Shown here: positions 38,633-53,493 of the stretch, one piece after another
Layout: the number at the start of each line of letters is the position of its first letter
Position numbering within the stretch: position 1 is the stretch's first letter
NCBI GenBank assembly: GCA_964016885.1
Contig: OZ024742.1
Span: 120,218,001 to 120,282,000, forward strand
Direction of reading: 5' to 3'
From: Eledone cirrhosa
Taxonomy: Eukaryota
Length of the DNA: 64,000 bases
The notes under the pieces: model-generated
Seen by the model: only the letters and a program-made list of their open reading frames with translations
Told to the model about the DNA's origin: nothing
Databases searched by the model: none
Translations under genes and position numbers: made by a program

Positions 38633-41600
38633 TCATCTGCTATATTCTGTAGATAGTACTCTGTCATCTATCATGTTCTGTAGATAGTACACTGACATCT
38701 GTCATGTTCTGTAGATAGTACACTGTCATCTGTCATGTTCTGTAGATAGTACAGTCATCTATCATGTTCTGTAGATAGTACACTGTCATCTATCACGTTC
38801 TGTAGATAGTACACTGTCATCTATCATGTTCTGTAGATAGTACACTGTCATCTATCATATTCTGTAGATAGTACACTGTCATCTATCATCTTCCGTAGAT
38901 AGTACACTGTCATCTATCATGTTCTGTAGATAGTACACTGTCATCTATCATGTTCTGTAGAAAGTACACTGTCATCTATCATGTTCTGTAGATAGTACAC
39001 TGTCATCTATCATATTCTGTAGATAGTACACTGTCATCTATCATCTTCCGTAGATAGTACACTGTCATCTATCATGTTCTGTAGATAGTACGCTGACATC
39101 TATCATGTTCTGTAGATAGTACACTGTCATCTGTCATGTTCTGTAGATAGTACACTGTCATCTGTCACGTTCTGAGATAGTACACTGTCATCTATCATGT
39201 TCTGTAGATAGTACACTGTCATCTATCATGTTCTGTAGATAGTACAGTCATCTATCACGTTCTGTAGATAGTACACTGACATCTGTCATATTCTGAGATA
39301 GTACACTGACATCTGTCATATTCTGAGATAGTACACTGTCATATATCATGTTCTGTAGATAGTACACTGTCATCTATCATGTTCTGTAGATAGTACACTG
39401 ACATCTGTCATGTTCTGTAGATAGTACATTGACATCTATCCTGTTCTGTAGATAGTACACTGACATCTATCATGTTCTGTAGATAGTATGCTGACATCTA
39501 TCACGTTCTGTAGATAGTACACTGTCATCTATCATGTTCTGTAGATAGTACACTGTCATCTATCATGTTCTGTAGATAGTACACTGTCATCTATCATGTT
39601 CTGCAGATAGTACACTGTCATCTATCATGTTCTGTAGATAGTACACTGTCATCTATCATGTTCTGTAGATAGTACACTGTCATCTATCATGTTCTGTAGA
39701 TAGTACACTGTCATCTATCATGTTCTGTAGATAGTATGCTGACATCTATCACGTTCTGTAGATAGTACACTGTCATCTGTCATGTTCTGTAGATAGTACA
39801 CTGTCATCTATCATGTTCTGTAGATAGTACACTGTCATCTATCATGTTCTGTAGATAGTACATTGACATCTATCATGTTCTGTAGATAGTACACTGTCAT
39901 CTATCATGTTCTGTAGATAGTACATTGACATCTATCCTGTTCTGTAGATAGTACACTGACATCTATCATGTTCTGTAGATAGTACACTGACATCTGTCAT
40001 GTTCTGTAGATAGTACACTGACATCTATACTGTTCTGTAAATAGTACATTGTCATCTATCATGTTCTGTAGATAGTACACTGTCATCTATCGTGTTCTGT
40101 AAATAGTACATTGTCATCTATCATGTTCTGTAGATAGTACACTGTCATCTATCGTGTTCTGTAGATAGTACACTGTCATCTATCATGTTCTGTAGATAGT
40201 ACACTGTCATCTATCATGTTCTGTAGATAGTACACTGACATCTGTCATGTTCTGTAGATAGTACACTGACATCTATACTGTTCTGTAAATAGTACATTGA
40301 CATCTATCCTGTTCTGTAGATAGTACACTGACATCTATCATGTTCTGTAGATAGTACACTGACATCTGTCATGTTCTGTAGATAGTACACTGACATCTAT
40401 ACTGTTCTGTAAATAGTACATTGTCATCTATCATGTTCTGTAGATAGTACACTGTCATCTATCGTGTTCTGTAAATAGTACATTGTCATCTATCATGTTC
40501 TGTAGATAGTACACTGTCATCTATCATGTTCTGTAGATAGTACATTGACATCTATCCTGTTCTGTAGATAGTACACTGACATCTATCATGTTCTGTAGAT
40601 AGTACACTGACATCTGTCATGTTCTGTAGATAGTACACTGACATCTATACTGTTCTGTAAATAGTACATTGTCATCTATCATGTTCTGTAGATAGTACAC
40701 TGACATCTATACTGTTCTGTAAATAGTACATTGTCATCTATCATGTTCTGTAGATAGTACACTGTCATCTATCGTGTTCTGTAGATAGTACACTGTCATC
40801 TATCATGTTCTGTAGATAGTACACTGTCATCTATCATGTTCTGTAGATGGTACACTGTCATCTATCATGTTCTGAGATAGTACACTGTCATCTATCATGT
40901 TCTGTAGATAGTACACAGTCATCTATCACGTTCTTTAGATAGTACACTGACATCTGTCATGTTCTGTAGATAGTACACTGTCATCTGTCATGTTCAATAG
41001 ATAGTACACTGTCATCTATCATGTTCTGTAGATAGTACACTGACATCTATCATGTTCTGTAGATAGTACACTGTCATTTGTCATGTTTTGTAGATAGTAT
41101 GCTGACATCTATCACGTTCTGTAGATAGTACACTGTCATCTATCATGTTTTGTAGATGGTACACTGTCATCTATCATGTTCTGTAGATAGTACACTGACA
41201 TCTATCATGTTCTGTAGATAGTACATTGTCATCTGTCATGTTCAATAGATAGTACACTGTCATCTATCATGTTTTGTAGATGGTACACTGTCATCTATCA
41301 TGTTCTGTAGATAGTACACTGTCATCTATCATGTTCTGTAGATAGTACACTGTCATCTATCATGTTCTGTAGATAGTACACTGTCATCTGTCATGTTCTG
41401 TAAATAGTACACTCTCATCTATCATGTTCTGTAGATAATACACTGTCATCTATCATGTTCTGTAGATAGTACACTGTCATCTATCATGTTCTGTAGATAG
41501 TACACTGACATCTATACTGTTCTGTAAATAGTACACTGTCATCTATCATGTTCTGTAGATAGTACACTGTCATCTATCGTGTTCTGTAGATAGTACACTG

Positions 41601-44600
41601 TCATCTATCATGTTCTGTAGATAGTACACCGACATCTATACTGTTCTGTAAATAGTACACTGTCATCTATCATGTTCTGTAGATAGTACACTGTCATCTA
41701 TCGTGTTCTGTAGATAGTACACTGTCATCTATCATGTTCTGTAGATAGTACACTGTCATCTATCATGTTCTGTAGATGGTACACTGTCATCTATCATGTT
41801 CTGAGATAGTACACTGTCATCTATCATGTTCTGTAGATAGTACACTGTCATCTATCATGTTCTGTAGATAGTACATTGACATCTATGATGTTCTGTAGAT
41901 AGTACACTGACATCTATCACGTTCTGTAGATAGTATGCTGACATCTATCACGTTCTGTAGATAGTACACTGTCATCTATCATGTTCTGTAGATAGTACAC
42001 TGTCATCTATCATGTTCTGTAGATAGTACACTGTCATCTATCATGTTCTGCAGATAGTACACTGTCATCTATCATGTTCTGTAGATAGTACACTGTCATC
42101 TATCATGTTCTGTAGATAGTACACTGTCATCTATCATGTTCTGTAGATAGTACACTGTCATCTATCATGTTCTGTAGATAGTATGCTGACATCTATCACG
42201 TTCTGTAGATAGTACACTGTCATCTGTCATGTTCTGTAGATAGTACATTGACATCTATCCTGTTCTGTAGATAGTACACTGACATCTATCATGTTCTGTA
42301 GATAGTACACTGACATCTGTCATGTTCTGTAGATAGTACACTAACATCTATACTGTTCTGTAAATAGTACATTGTCATCTATCATGTTCTGTAGATAGTA
42401 CACTGTCATCTATCGTGTTCTGTAGATAGTACACTGTCATCTATCATGTTCTGTAGATAGTACACTGTCATCTATCATGTTCTGAGATAGTACACTGTCA
42501 TCTATCATGTTCTGTAGATAGTACACAGTCATCTATCACGTTCTTTAGATAGTACACTGTCATCTGTCATGTTCAATAGATAGTACACTGTCATCTATCA
42601 TGTTCTGTAGATAGTACACTGACATCTATCATGTTCTGTAGATAGTACACTGTCATTTGTCATGTTTTGTAGATAGTATGCTGACATCTATCACGTTCTG
42701 TAGATAGTACACTGTCATCTATCATGTTTTGTAGATGGTACACTGTCATCTATCATGTTCTGTAGATAGTACACTGACATCTATCATGTTATGTAGATAG
42801 TACATTGTCATCTGTCATGTTCAATAGATAGTACACTGTCATCTATCATGTTTTGTAGATGGTACACTGTCATCTATCATGTTCTGTAGATAGTACACTG
42901 TCATCTATCATGTTCTGTAGATAGTACACTGACATCTATACTGTTCTGTAAATAGTACACTGTCATCTATCATGTTCTGTAGATAGTACACTGTCATCTA
43001 TCGTGTTCTGTAGATAGTACACTGTCATCTATCATGTTCTGTAGATAGTACACCGACATCTATACTGTTCTGTAAATAGTACACTGTCATCTATCATGTT
43101 CTGTAGATAGTACACTGTCATCTATCGTGTTCTGTAGATAGTACACTGTCATCTATCATGTTCTGTAGATAGTACACTGTCATCTATCATGTTCTGTAGA
43201 TGGTACACTGTCATCTATCATGTTCTGAGATAGTACACTGTCATCTATCATGTTCTGTAGATAGTACACTGTCATCTGTCATGTTCTGTAGATAGTACAC
43301 TGTGTTCTGTCATGTTCAGTAGATAGTACACTGTCATCTATCATGTTATGTACATAGTACACTGTCATCTATCACGTTCTGAAGATAGTACACTGTCATC
43401 TATCACCTTCTGAAGATAGTACACTGTCATCTGTCACGTTCTAAGATAGTACACTGACATCTATCATGTTCTGTAGATAGTACACTCACATCTGTCATGT
43501 TCTGTAGATAGTACACTGTGATCTATCATGTTCTGTAGATAGTACACTGTCATCTGTCATGTTCTGTAAATAGTACACTGTCATCTATCATGTTCTGTAG
43601 ATAATACACTGTCATCTATCATGTTCTGTAGATAGTACACTGACATCTATACTGTTCTGTAAATAGTACACTGTCATCTATCATGTTCTGTAGATAGTAC
43701 ACTGTCATCTATCGTGTTCTGTAGATAGTACACTGTCATCTATACTGTTCTGTAAATAGTACACTGTCATCAATCATGTTCTGTAGATAGTACACTGTCA
43801 TCTATCGTGTTCTGTAGATAGTACACTCACATCTGTCACGTTCCGTAGATAGTACACTGTCATCTATCATGTTCTGTAGATGGTACACTGTCATCTATCA
43901 TGTTCTGAGATAGTAAACTGTCATCTATCATGTTCTGTAGATAGTACACTGTCATCTGTCATGTTCTGTAGATAGTACACTGTGTTCTGTCATGTTCAGT
44001 AGATAGTACACTCACATCTGTCACGTTCTGTAGATAGTACACTGTCATCTATCATGTTCTGTAGATAGTACACTGTCATCTATCATGTTATGTACATAGT
44101 ACACTGTCATCTATCACGTTCTGAAGATAGTACACTGTCATCTATCATATTCTGTAGGATAGTACTGTCATCTATCACCTTCTGAAGATAGTACACTGTC
44201 ATCTGTCACGTTCTAAGATAGTACACTGACATCTATCATGTTCTGTAGATAGTACACTCACATCTGTCATGTTCTGTAGATAGTACACTGTCATCTATCA
44301 TGTTCTGTAGATAGTACACTGTCATCTATCATGTTCTGTAGATAGTACACTGTCATCTATCATGTTCAATAGATAGTACACTGTCATCTATCACGTTCTG
44401 TAGATAGTACACTGTCATCTATCATGTTCTGTAGATAGTACACTGTCATCTGTCATGTTCTGTAGATAGTACACTGTCATCTATCATGTTCTGTAGATAG
44501 TACACTGTCATCTGTCATGTTCTGTAGATAGTACACTGTCATCTGTCATGTTCTGTAGATAGTACAGTCATCTATCACGTTCTGTAGATAGTACACTGTC

Positions 44601-45866
44601 ATCTGTCATGTTCTGTAGATAGTACACTGTCATCTATCACGTTCTGTAGATAGTACACTGTCATCTATCATATTCTGTAGATAGTACACTGACATCTATC
44701 ACCTTCTGTAGATAGTACAGTCATCTATCACGTTCTGTAGATAGTACACTGACATCTGTCATGTTCTGTAGATAGTACACTGTCATCTATCATGTTCTGT
44801 AGATAGTACACTGTCATCTATCATGTTCTGTAGATAGTACACTGTCATCTATCATATTCTGTAGATAGTACACTGTCATCTATCATGTTCTATAGATAGT
44901 ACACTGTCATCTGTCATGTTCTGTAGATAGTACACTGTCATCTGTCATGTTCTGTAGATAGTACACTGTCATCTGTCATATTCTGTAGATAGTACACTGT
45001 CAGCTGTCATGTTCTGTAGATAGTACACTGTCATCTGTCACGTTCTGAGATAGTATGCTGACATCTATCATATTCTGTAGATAGTACACTGTCATCTATC
45101 ATATTCTGTAGATAGTACACTGTCATCTATCATGTTCTGTAGATAGTACACTGTCATCTATCATGTTCTGTAGATAGTACACTGTCATCTATCATGTTCT
45201 GTAGATAGTACACTGTCATCTATCATATTCTGCAGATAGTACACTGTCATCTGTCACGTTCTGAGATAGTACACTGTCATCTATCATGTTCTGTAGATAG
45301 TACACTGTCATCTATCCTGTTCTGTAGATAGTACACTGTCATCTATCCTGTTCTGTAGATAGTACACTGTCATCTGTCATATTCTGTAGATAGTACACTG
45401 ACATCTGTCATATTCTGTAGATAGTACACTGTCATCTATCCTGTTCTGTAGATAGTACACTGTCATCTATCCTGTTCTGTAGATAGTACACTGTCATCTA
45501 TCCTGTTCTGTAGATAGTACACTGTCATCTATCATGTTCTGTAGATAATACACTGACATCTGTCACATTCTGAGATAGTACACTGTCATCTATCACGTTC
45601 TGTAGATAGTACTCTGACATCTGTGATGTTCAGTAGATAGTACTCTGACATCTGTGATGTTCAGTAGATAGTACACTGTCATCTGTCACGATCTGTAGAT
45701 AGTACACTGTCATCTATTCTGTTCTGTACGTAGTACACTGTAATCTGTCACGTTCTGTAGATAGTACACTGACATCTGTCACGTTCTGTAGATAGTACAC
45801 TGACATCTGTCACGTTCTGTAGATAGTACACTGACATCTGTCATGTTCTGAGATATTACTCTGTCA
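38633..45866. repeat. 31-bp tandem satellite, ~7.2 kb, roughly 230 units
   Basis: Consensus tagtacactgtcatctatcatgttctgtaga; point variants and 2-nt deletions; ends more diverged than the centre. Confidence 0.98.
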
Positions 45867-48284
45867 GGCTATAAAATTAATGTATAGACAATTGTGAAAA
45901 CCTTTCCAACAGGAATGTTTGCCAAGGAACAGAAGAAATAAATTAATATCAAATGTGAGAGAAAATACTGTATTGTGAAGGGATGGGAAAGGGATGGAAA
46001 TCAGTCCTATAGAAGTATCATTTATTATACCAATAACTATATCATTAGATGGCTCCCTAATGTGTGAGGATACAATACTTGAATACAAAATAATTCAACT
46101 TTGTAATCCTTAAAATAGGAAGGTGTCCTCCAATTTTGACTTGCTCATACAGTAACTAGCTTATTTTGGTGCAGAACACAATACTGTGCCATGAGGAGTT
46201 GGTGATGGCATAAGCCAGGTTGCATGGGATGGAATAACTTGCTTTAGAAAGTGTATCACACAGTGGAGGTAAAGTACAGGGTTGTACTCATGTTCTTGCT
46301 CTGGCATATAAGTAAATTCTCAATCTTTGGAAAATTCACAATCCACAAGCTCAGCAGGAATTCTTAGTTGTAATTGATCAACATGTATGTCTCCAGATTC
46401 AGATACAAACTATTCCAAAATGGTCCTCACCATAGCACAAAACAGTGCTTTATTGGTGACTATATGAAAGGTAAGTAACTCATTATGGATACAGTCTTCC
46501 GTGGTACTCTAATGGAGTCATAGAAGTTTTGTGATGACATAACCTGGTGGAGTCAATCCCCACTCAAAGTCTGAGCACAGCCGATTTCTTCCAGAGAATG
46601 AGAAAGAGGAAATGAAAAAAAAGAGACAGAAGAAGAATCAACGCCAGTACTAGGCTGGTACATTTTTTTTATCGCCCTTTGAAGGATGGAAGGTAGAGTT
46701 GTGTTTGAGTGTAGACCATAAAGAAAACAAGTGAGAGAAGGTTTAAAAAGACAAAAAGGAAGACAGAAAATAGTTTTCTCATAAATACTAATACAATCAA
46801 CTGACAAATCAGTTAATGTAATGAAAAATAACAACTATGTTTTAAACTTCATACTAAAAAGAAAAAAATAGAAACCTAACCAAAGAGGGAACTTTTACAT
46901 GACTGTTTTATCTGCCAAATATCCTTGAGATCACAGTGATGACTAGACAATATGGCCCTAGATACACTATGTTATACAGAAGACACAATAGTGATTCCTT
47001 GAATACCTTTCATCACGAAAGGGTGTGATCTGGGATTAAAAAAACAACTAGAATTAAGATGTTGCAGATATTTTCAAGACAATGGCTGTTCAGACTTAGT
47101 ATTAAAACCAAAAATATTTTTTTTAGAAGACACCTCAAACAAAATGTAATCAATCAATATTGACTTTTTGTCACAGCTTGATATTTTAAGTGAAGCTAAT
47201 TAAGAAACAAAACATAACTTATCCTTCCCCAACAACTGAACACTGAGTTCTTTATCATTTAGTTGAAATATGTGTGGGGGAAGCTATTACTATCAAGCCA
47301 ATGTGATATGTGTTGATTACATATTATCACTGGATAAATTATTACAGCTATATATTACAATTACTTGGTAGTGATTCTTATTGTTGGTGAGTGTTGCTCA
47401 AGTGACATGTGCTACTAATTATGCATTTAACATCAAATATCTTAAACACATAGATTTCAACAAATAAAATGATCTCTATATCACCTTTTTGACATGTTGA
47501 GACACCCAATGCAACAGCCTGTAAAGTATATATTATAAAGCCTCTAGGCTGGAAAAGGATATCATTTGAGATGGGCTGATCTGAGAGAATGGAAACACTA
47601 AACAGATGACCAATTTCCATTTACCACAAACCAATAAATCTTATAGAATATCACCTGCATCTACTTTAGTAAAGATATGTCATAATTTTACATTTATGAG
47701 TGTCTGAGGAATTATTACACTATCTTATTAACCATTGGGCTATTGGTTTCTGTCTTTCTTTTTCTGAACTCTAATACTAGAGTGGATATATATCTTATAT
47801 TTACCAATAGATTACAAACAAGTGTTCTACAGTTAATTCTCCAACTATAAAGCTAAGTTGTACATGATACGTACACAGGTACATACAGTGCATATAGATA
47901 TAAACATACTTAATCCCATGCAGGTAGTCTAATAACATGATTTAAAGTATATAGTCTTTGTCCAGCTCCCTTGGTATGACGAAAATATTTTCATAGCTTA
48001 TTATCAACACTTTACATCTGCTATGTAAATATATAATGAACAAGTAGACTCCCAATGGTAAGCCCAGCTATTTCAATTTGATTTCCACAAGTATGTTCAA
48101 GGTGATTGCTTTGAAAATACTCCTTGAAAAATAACTTGTGGGAATCAAGTTGAAATGGGATCGCTATTGGGATTCTACTTCTTCAATATACCCACTCTGC
48201 ATTTCATCATGCATGGAGTACTACTCTGATTTGTGGTCTGCTTGGACTTCACACCATAGACACTATCTATCTATCTATCTATAT

Positions 48285-51200
48285 ACACATTGTATAGATG
48301 TGATAGCCATCACAGAGTCCAGAATTCACGACAAGCAGCAGCTAACACCCATATTCAATGATTTTGAGATCTACGCATCTCTCTGTCAGCCAGGAGGTGG
48401 AGGGGGAGTTGCTGTTCTGTTTAGAAAAAACTTGGATCTCAAAGTACAGACGATTCACTTGGACCCGGAGGGCAGCCTGGTGGTCCTGGACGTGAATGGT
48501 AGTGAAGGTGGAGCTTTCAGACTGGTGGCCGTATATGCCCCGACTGGGACATCGCGACCAGAGTTCTTCAAGCGTCTGGAGCCATTCCTGGGAATGTCTC
48601 GCTCCTTAGTGTTAGCGGGGGACTGGAATGGTATCTTAGACGCATGTTGGGACTATGTAGGAGCTTGTGATAATAGAGGGGAAGGGGGAATAGCCTAAAA
48701 ATCTCATCAGCGAATTTCAACTGGCTGATAGATATCGACTAGACTTCCCAAGTGCTCCACTGTGGACGTGGAGCAACTGCACTGGGTCTTCTCGGTCGTT
48801 TTTAGATAGATTTTTAATTAGACAGAATGATAAGGAAACATTAAACTGTCCACAAATGCACATGGTTGCCTATTGAGACCACAAATTAGTCACCTGTGTA
48901 GTTAACCTTGATAGAACGCATAGACAGTGACCCAGATACTTGAAGCTAAACATGTCGCACCTGGCGCGTAAGGCCTCCAGTAAATGGATTAGCACTTTAG
49001 TTAAGTGCCAGTTGACGGGTGCGATCGTCAACAACAGGTGGTGCAGCTCTCTCAAGAGAGCAATTAGAATAGAATCGATAACATTTAGCAAGGAAGTAGC
49101 TTTAGAAAAAAACAAAACTGAAAAGGAACTGATAGCTAAAGTAGAAGAGGCACTTAGGAATGGCAGTACAGCTGACGTGCTAGCGGTGAGAACGGCATTA
49201 GACCAGTTCTTCAACGTGAAACACGAAGGTTGTATTGTCAGAAGTAGAACACGTGCTCTAAGAAACGAGGGAGCCAAAGCTGTTAGCTGGGCCCGAGTGG
49301 CAGAGGCGAAAAGTGGCAACAAATCCACAATTCGGTCTTTGCAAGACAAAGATGGACGCATTATACTTGAATCCAAGCAGATGTGCGCAGACTTCCAGCA
49401 GCATTTCACACAACTGTTCGAGCAAAGCGGTACATCGAGCGAGGTGATGGACTTCAGCTCCTAACTCGACGGCGTACCACGATTCTCGAGCACGGATGCG
49501 GAGAGCTGCATTAGGCCATTCCGGTGGGAGAAATAGAAGATGCCCTAGGCCGCTGCGGGAAACGCAAATCACCCGGTTTAGATAGTCTATCATCATCATC
49601 ACCGTTTTACATCCGTTCTTCCACGCTAGCATGGGTTAGACGGGTTGTCTTGTTGTGGGCAGTGTCTAGTCGGCTGACCATGCCATGCTCATACAGGAAC
49701 TGATTTTGGCTTGATTTCTACAGCTGGATGCCCTTCCTATGAGTTTTACATAGGCATGCCAGACCTGTTCCCTGGCATCCTCGAAGCGGTCTACTGCAAC
49801 TGGCAACAGTACGGGAGGATTCCCAGTTCTGTAGGCAGAGGCGTAGTAACGCTGATCAAGAAAGATGAGAACAAGGGGGGTGAGATAAGCAATTTCAGGC
49901 CCATTACTCTGCTAAACACAGAGTTAAAGATTTTGGCCAAGGTGTTAGCAGCAAGGCTGGCGCTTGTCGTCGAGAACCTGGTAGGGGAAGCCCAAACGTG
50001 TGCAATACCGACCAGGTCCATACGCGACAACCTCCACCTCATGCGATACATCATAGAGAGGGTAGGGTGTAAACCTGGCTTTGGTGGGGCTCTGATCAAT
50101 TTAGATCAGACTAAGGCATTTGAGAGGGTCAACCATCAATACTTGGAAGTAGTTCTCAAGGTGGCTGGCTTCGGTCCCGTCTTCAGAGGCTGGATCGCTG
50201 CCATGCACACCAGCATCTGCTCAGCAGTCAAGGTGAATGGCTACCTATCAGAGCCATTCCAAATCATGCGTTCCATCCGTCAGGGATGCCCTCTCTCCTC
50301 CATTCTGTATGTACTGACTCTCGAGCCATTACTGCGGAAGTTGGAGCTGTTGCAGGGTATCCCGATCGAACCAGGACAGCAGAAAGCAGCGTCAGCCTGT
50401 GCCGACGACATAACCGTAATGGTGTCGAAAACCTCAGAAATCAGGGTAATCGGCAACCTATTACAGGAATACGAAACGTTGACAGGAGCAAGACAAGTCT
50501 GTCGGTTTGCAACTCGGCACATGGAGAGACAAACCCATGCCTTCCGACAGTGTCGTTGGACGCTGGATGGAAGGACCGGTGAAATTTCTCAGGGTCTGGT
50601 TCGGTCTAGACCTCCAGGTGGACAAGAACTGGAACGAAGTCACGGCGAAGGTGTTTGCACTCACCCAGAAGTGGGCTGAGTGCAAACTCTCCTTGAAAGG
50701 TCGTGCGGAGGTGGCGAATACTTACATAGCGTCCGTCATCTACTACCGCTTGACAGTCGTTCCTTGACCCCGCGAATACCTTACCAAAATGGAACACGCT
50801 ACTCTTCAAGTTCCTCTGGAGGAAACAGGCTCCATTGGTGAGGAGATCCATCTGCTGTCAACACCCTTCTAACGGAGGGCTGGGCATGCCGTGGCTGATG
50901 ATGCGTAAACATGCGCTGAGGCTACGCCATCTCCAGGTATTCCTGACCGGTGAACCAATGTGGCTGTCGTTTGTGAGACAAGCTCTTCCACAACTCGTCT
51001 CACTAACAGAGCTGCAGTCCTGAGTCAAGCGAAGACCAAAAATGGGTGCCTGGCACCTGAGTGCCTACAGGCGCTCACAGCCCTCTACCAGGCGGAAACA
51101 GCAATCAGCGGAGACCCAACTTCGACATTCTATAGGGGATTAGTGGAGGATAAGTGCGACAACGTTCTCGGGGGAAACTCTAGGCATGGAGGAGGACGAG

Positions 51201-52009
51201 CTGACCAGTCTGTTCGGGAGGACTTTCCGTCCAGGGCCTATGGATAACTTCCTGAGGTCTCTGGCCTGGCAGTGCTACCGAGGAGCTCTACCAGTTTGAG
51301 ACAAAATCTACAGGCATGGACACCCTGGCAGAGATCCTGCCAAAAGGACCTGTCCAAGATGCGAGCAGGACATCGAAACCGTTCTGCACGCAATTGTTCA
51401 GTGCCCAGGGGTGACCGACCTGTGGAATTATGTCGAACAGCTGCTGTCACGTGCGGGACGCATCCAGTTGTCAGCCAAGTCCATCGTGAGGATCACCCTG
51501 CCGCCTTCATTTAAGAACGAAGGAGAGGCGGTTTTCCTCTGTCTGGTGGCTATGGCGAAAGAGGTAATATGGTGGACGAGGTTAAAAGGACTGACGGCAA
51601 ACACCTTTCTCTCCGGACAACAACTTATCCCCTTCTTTAAGTACCACTTCAGAAGGAAGGTGAGAGTGGAGAGAGAGAGGTGCTACACCCCAGCAAATTC
51701 GCTGAAAGGTGGGTGAATGTGGCAAAAATGGCTCGAGTGAATGGGCCTTCTCTGTATATAAACCTGTAGGTTGAGGAAGATAAACAGAGGGAAGACAGGA
51801 ACACCTACAAAACGTGTTCCTGGTTGTTCTATCCACGGGGTGTAAAACAACTCTGCAGTAACGTTCCCCCCTACTGGGGATTTCAATTGTTATTTTATTA
51901 TATATAGTTTATTGTTATTTATTAATGCTAAAGTTATTTTTATGTAAACCCCCGCCGTCACATCTTGTAATGTCCCATTTTTGTACGCCCCTGTGGCAAA
52001 TAAAGAAAG
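48285..52009 (+). mobile_element. 5'-truncated, decayed Tx1/L1-clade LINE ORF2 (EN-RT-zinc knuckle)
   Basis: DVIAITESR, RLVAVYAP, AGDWN (EN); NFRPITLLNTELKILAK, NLDQTKAFERVNH, IRQGCPLS, ACADDI (RT, YADD read as CADD); GGLGMP; CPRC..ETVLH...C; aataaa then gaaag at the 3' end; many stops and frameshifts. Confidence 0.93.
49589..49738 (-). mobile_element. RTE/SINE 3'-tail fragment nested in the Tx1 element
   Basis: (cat)n...ccacgctagcatgggttagac...gatttctacagctggatgcccttcct interrupts the KSPGLD.L/YEFY motif. Confidence 0.85.
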
Positions 52010-52790
52010 CTATCTATATGTAGATAGATAGATAGATATCATCACCATTTAACATCCATTTTTCCACACTAGCATGAGTTAGACGTGTTGTCCTATTGTG
52101 AGACAAACCAGATTGGATGACCTTGTATATATGTATATATGTGTATGTATGTGTATATATATATATAGCAAATAGCATCTCACAATAAAATGTACTTTGT
52201 AAAAAGAATGAACCTAGTACATTCTGCAAAGTAGTTGATTCGTCAGTCATGTCATGGATATAACATGAAAAATGCACCTGATACACTCTGTAAAGCAGTC
52301 AGCATTAGGAGGGACATCATATGCCAAACAAGGATTTTTTTTCTTTTTTACTCATTTTAAGCAATTCAATAAAGTCACTAAAATCAAAGGGGTTATTGAG
52401 AAAGGAAAAAAAAAAGGACAGACGGAATATAATTCAAGGAGAGAGTAATAAAGTATAGGAACATACATAAGTGAGATGTGGATCCTGACCTATCTGTAAG
52501 GATTCAGGTTCTGATTGAGTGCTGACTTGGTCTGCAATGACACATACAAACTATGGTAGCATTGAAATCATGATGATGATAAATGAAGAGAAAAATGCAT
52601 ATAGCATTTGTACAGATAAATTATGTTTATATATGTAGTATTTTGTATATACTCATTTATCTATTTTTTTTTTTTTGTATGATTAAGATTATTTAACTTA
52701 CACAGTGAAAATATAGCTAGAATGGAATTCATTATCAGAAGTATTAGAGTATTACTTTTATTCAGAACATAAATTATGGCAAATATAAAA

Positions 52791-52824
<34 letters not shown>

Positions 52825-52834
52825 TAATATTTTA

Positions 52835-53240
52835 AGTGTAGTTAAGGAGTTCACTTAGCAACAACATGGTTTGGGGCTTTAGCCCCACTATATAGCACCT
52901 AAAGCAAGTGCCTTCTACTATAGCTTCTGGTTGACCTATGCAATTTGGTAAGCAGAATCCTTATAGAGCCTGCCATATACACATCTGTGTGTATATGTGT
53001 GTGTGCACATACGAATATATGTGTGTGTGCACATGTGTGTAGGTGTGTTTGTGTGCCCATGTCTGCATTTGCATTTACTCTTTACGTCTTGTAACTGAGC
53101 AGTTTGGCAAAAAGTGGTCAATGAAATAAGTACAAGACTTGAAAGAAATATGTACTGGAATCGATATGACGGACTAAATGTATGATGGTGCCTCATATTA
53201 ACTACAGGCTAATGACTGAAACAAGTAAATGAATAAAAGA
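52835..53240 (+). mobile_element. Degraded tRNA-derived SINE
   Basis: gtagttaaggag...cccactatatagcacc..gcaagtgccttctactatagc...aatgactgaaacaagtaaa. Confidence 0.6.
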
Positions 53241-53493
53241 ATTTTATTATTTTGTAAAGACAATAAAATTATAATTATTTTACTAACGTAACACTGTCAT
53301 GTTACAGTGACAAAAGTATACTTCCAAAATTACCTCTCATATGACAGCTCACACACTAGTAGTTTTATAATCAAAAGAATAAACCAGCTAGAAATAGCAG
53401 CCAAAACATCATTTATATACAACCATTTTGAAAAGTGAAGGACACATTAGATAATGTAATCTTACACATTCAATACCCCCACCCCCAAAAAAT

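Noticed and set aside
38633-45866. CRISPR array or coding tandem repeat
   Set aside because: Units are contiguous with no unique spacers; the 31-bp period is not a multiple of 3 and no long ORF exists; eukaryotic context
46398-46476. Plus-strand exon ending aag|GTAAGT
   Set aside because: Isolated donor with a weak acceptor and no partner exons found
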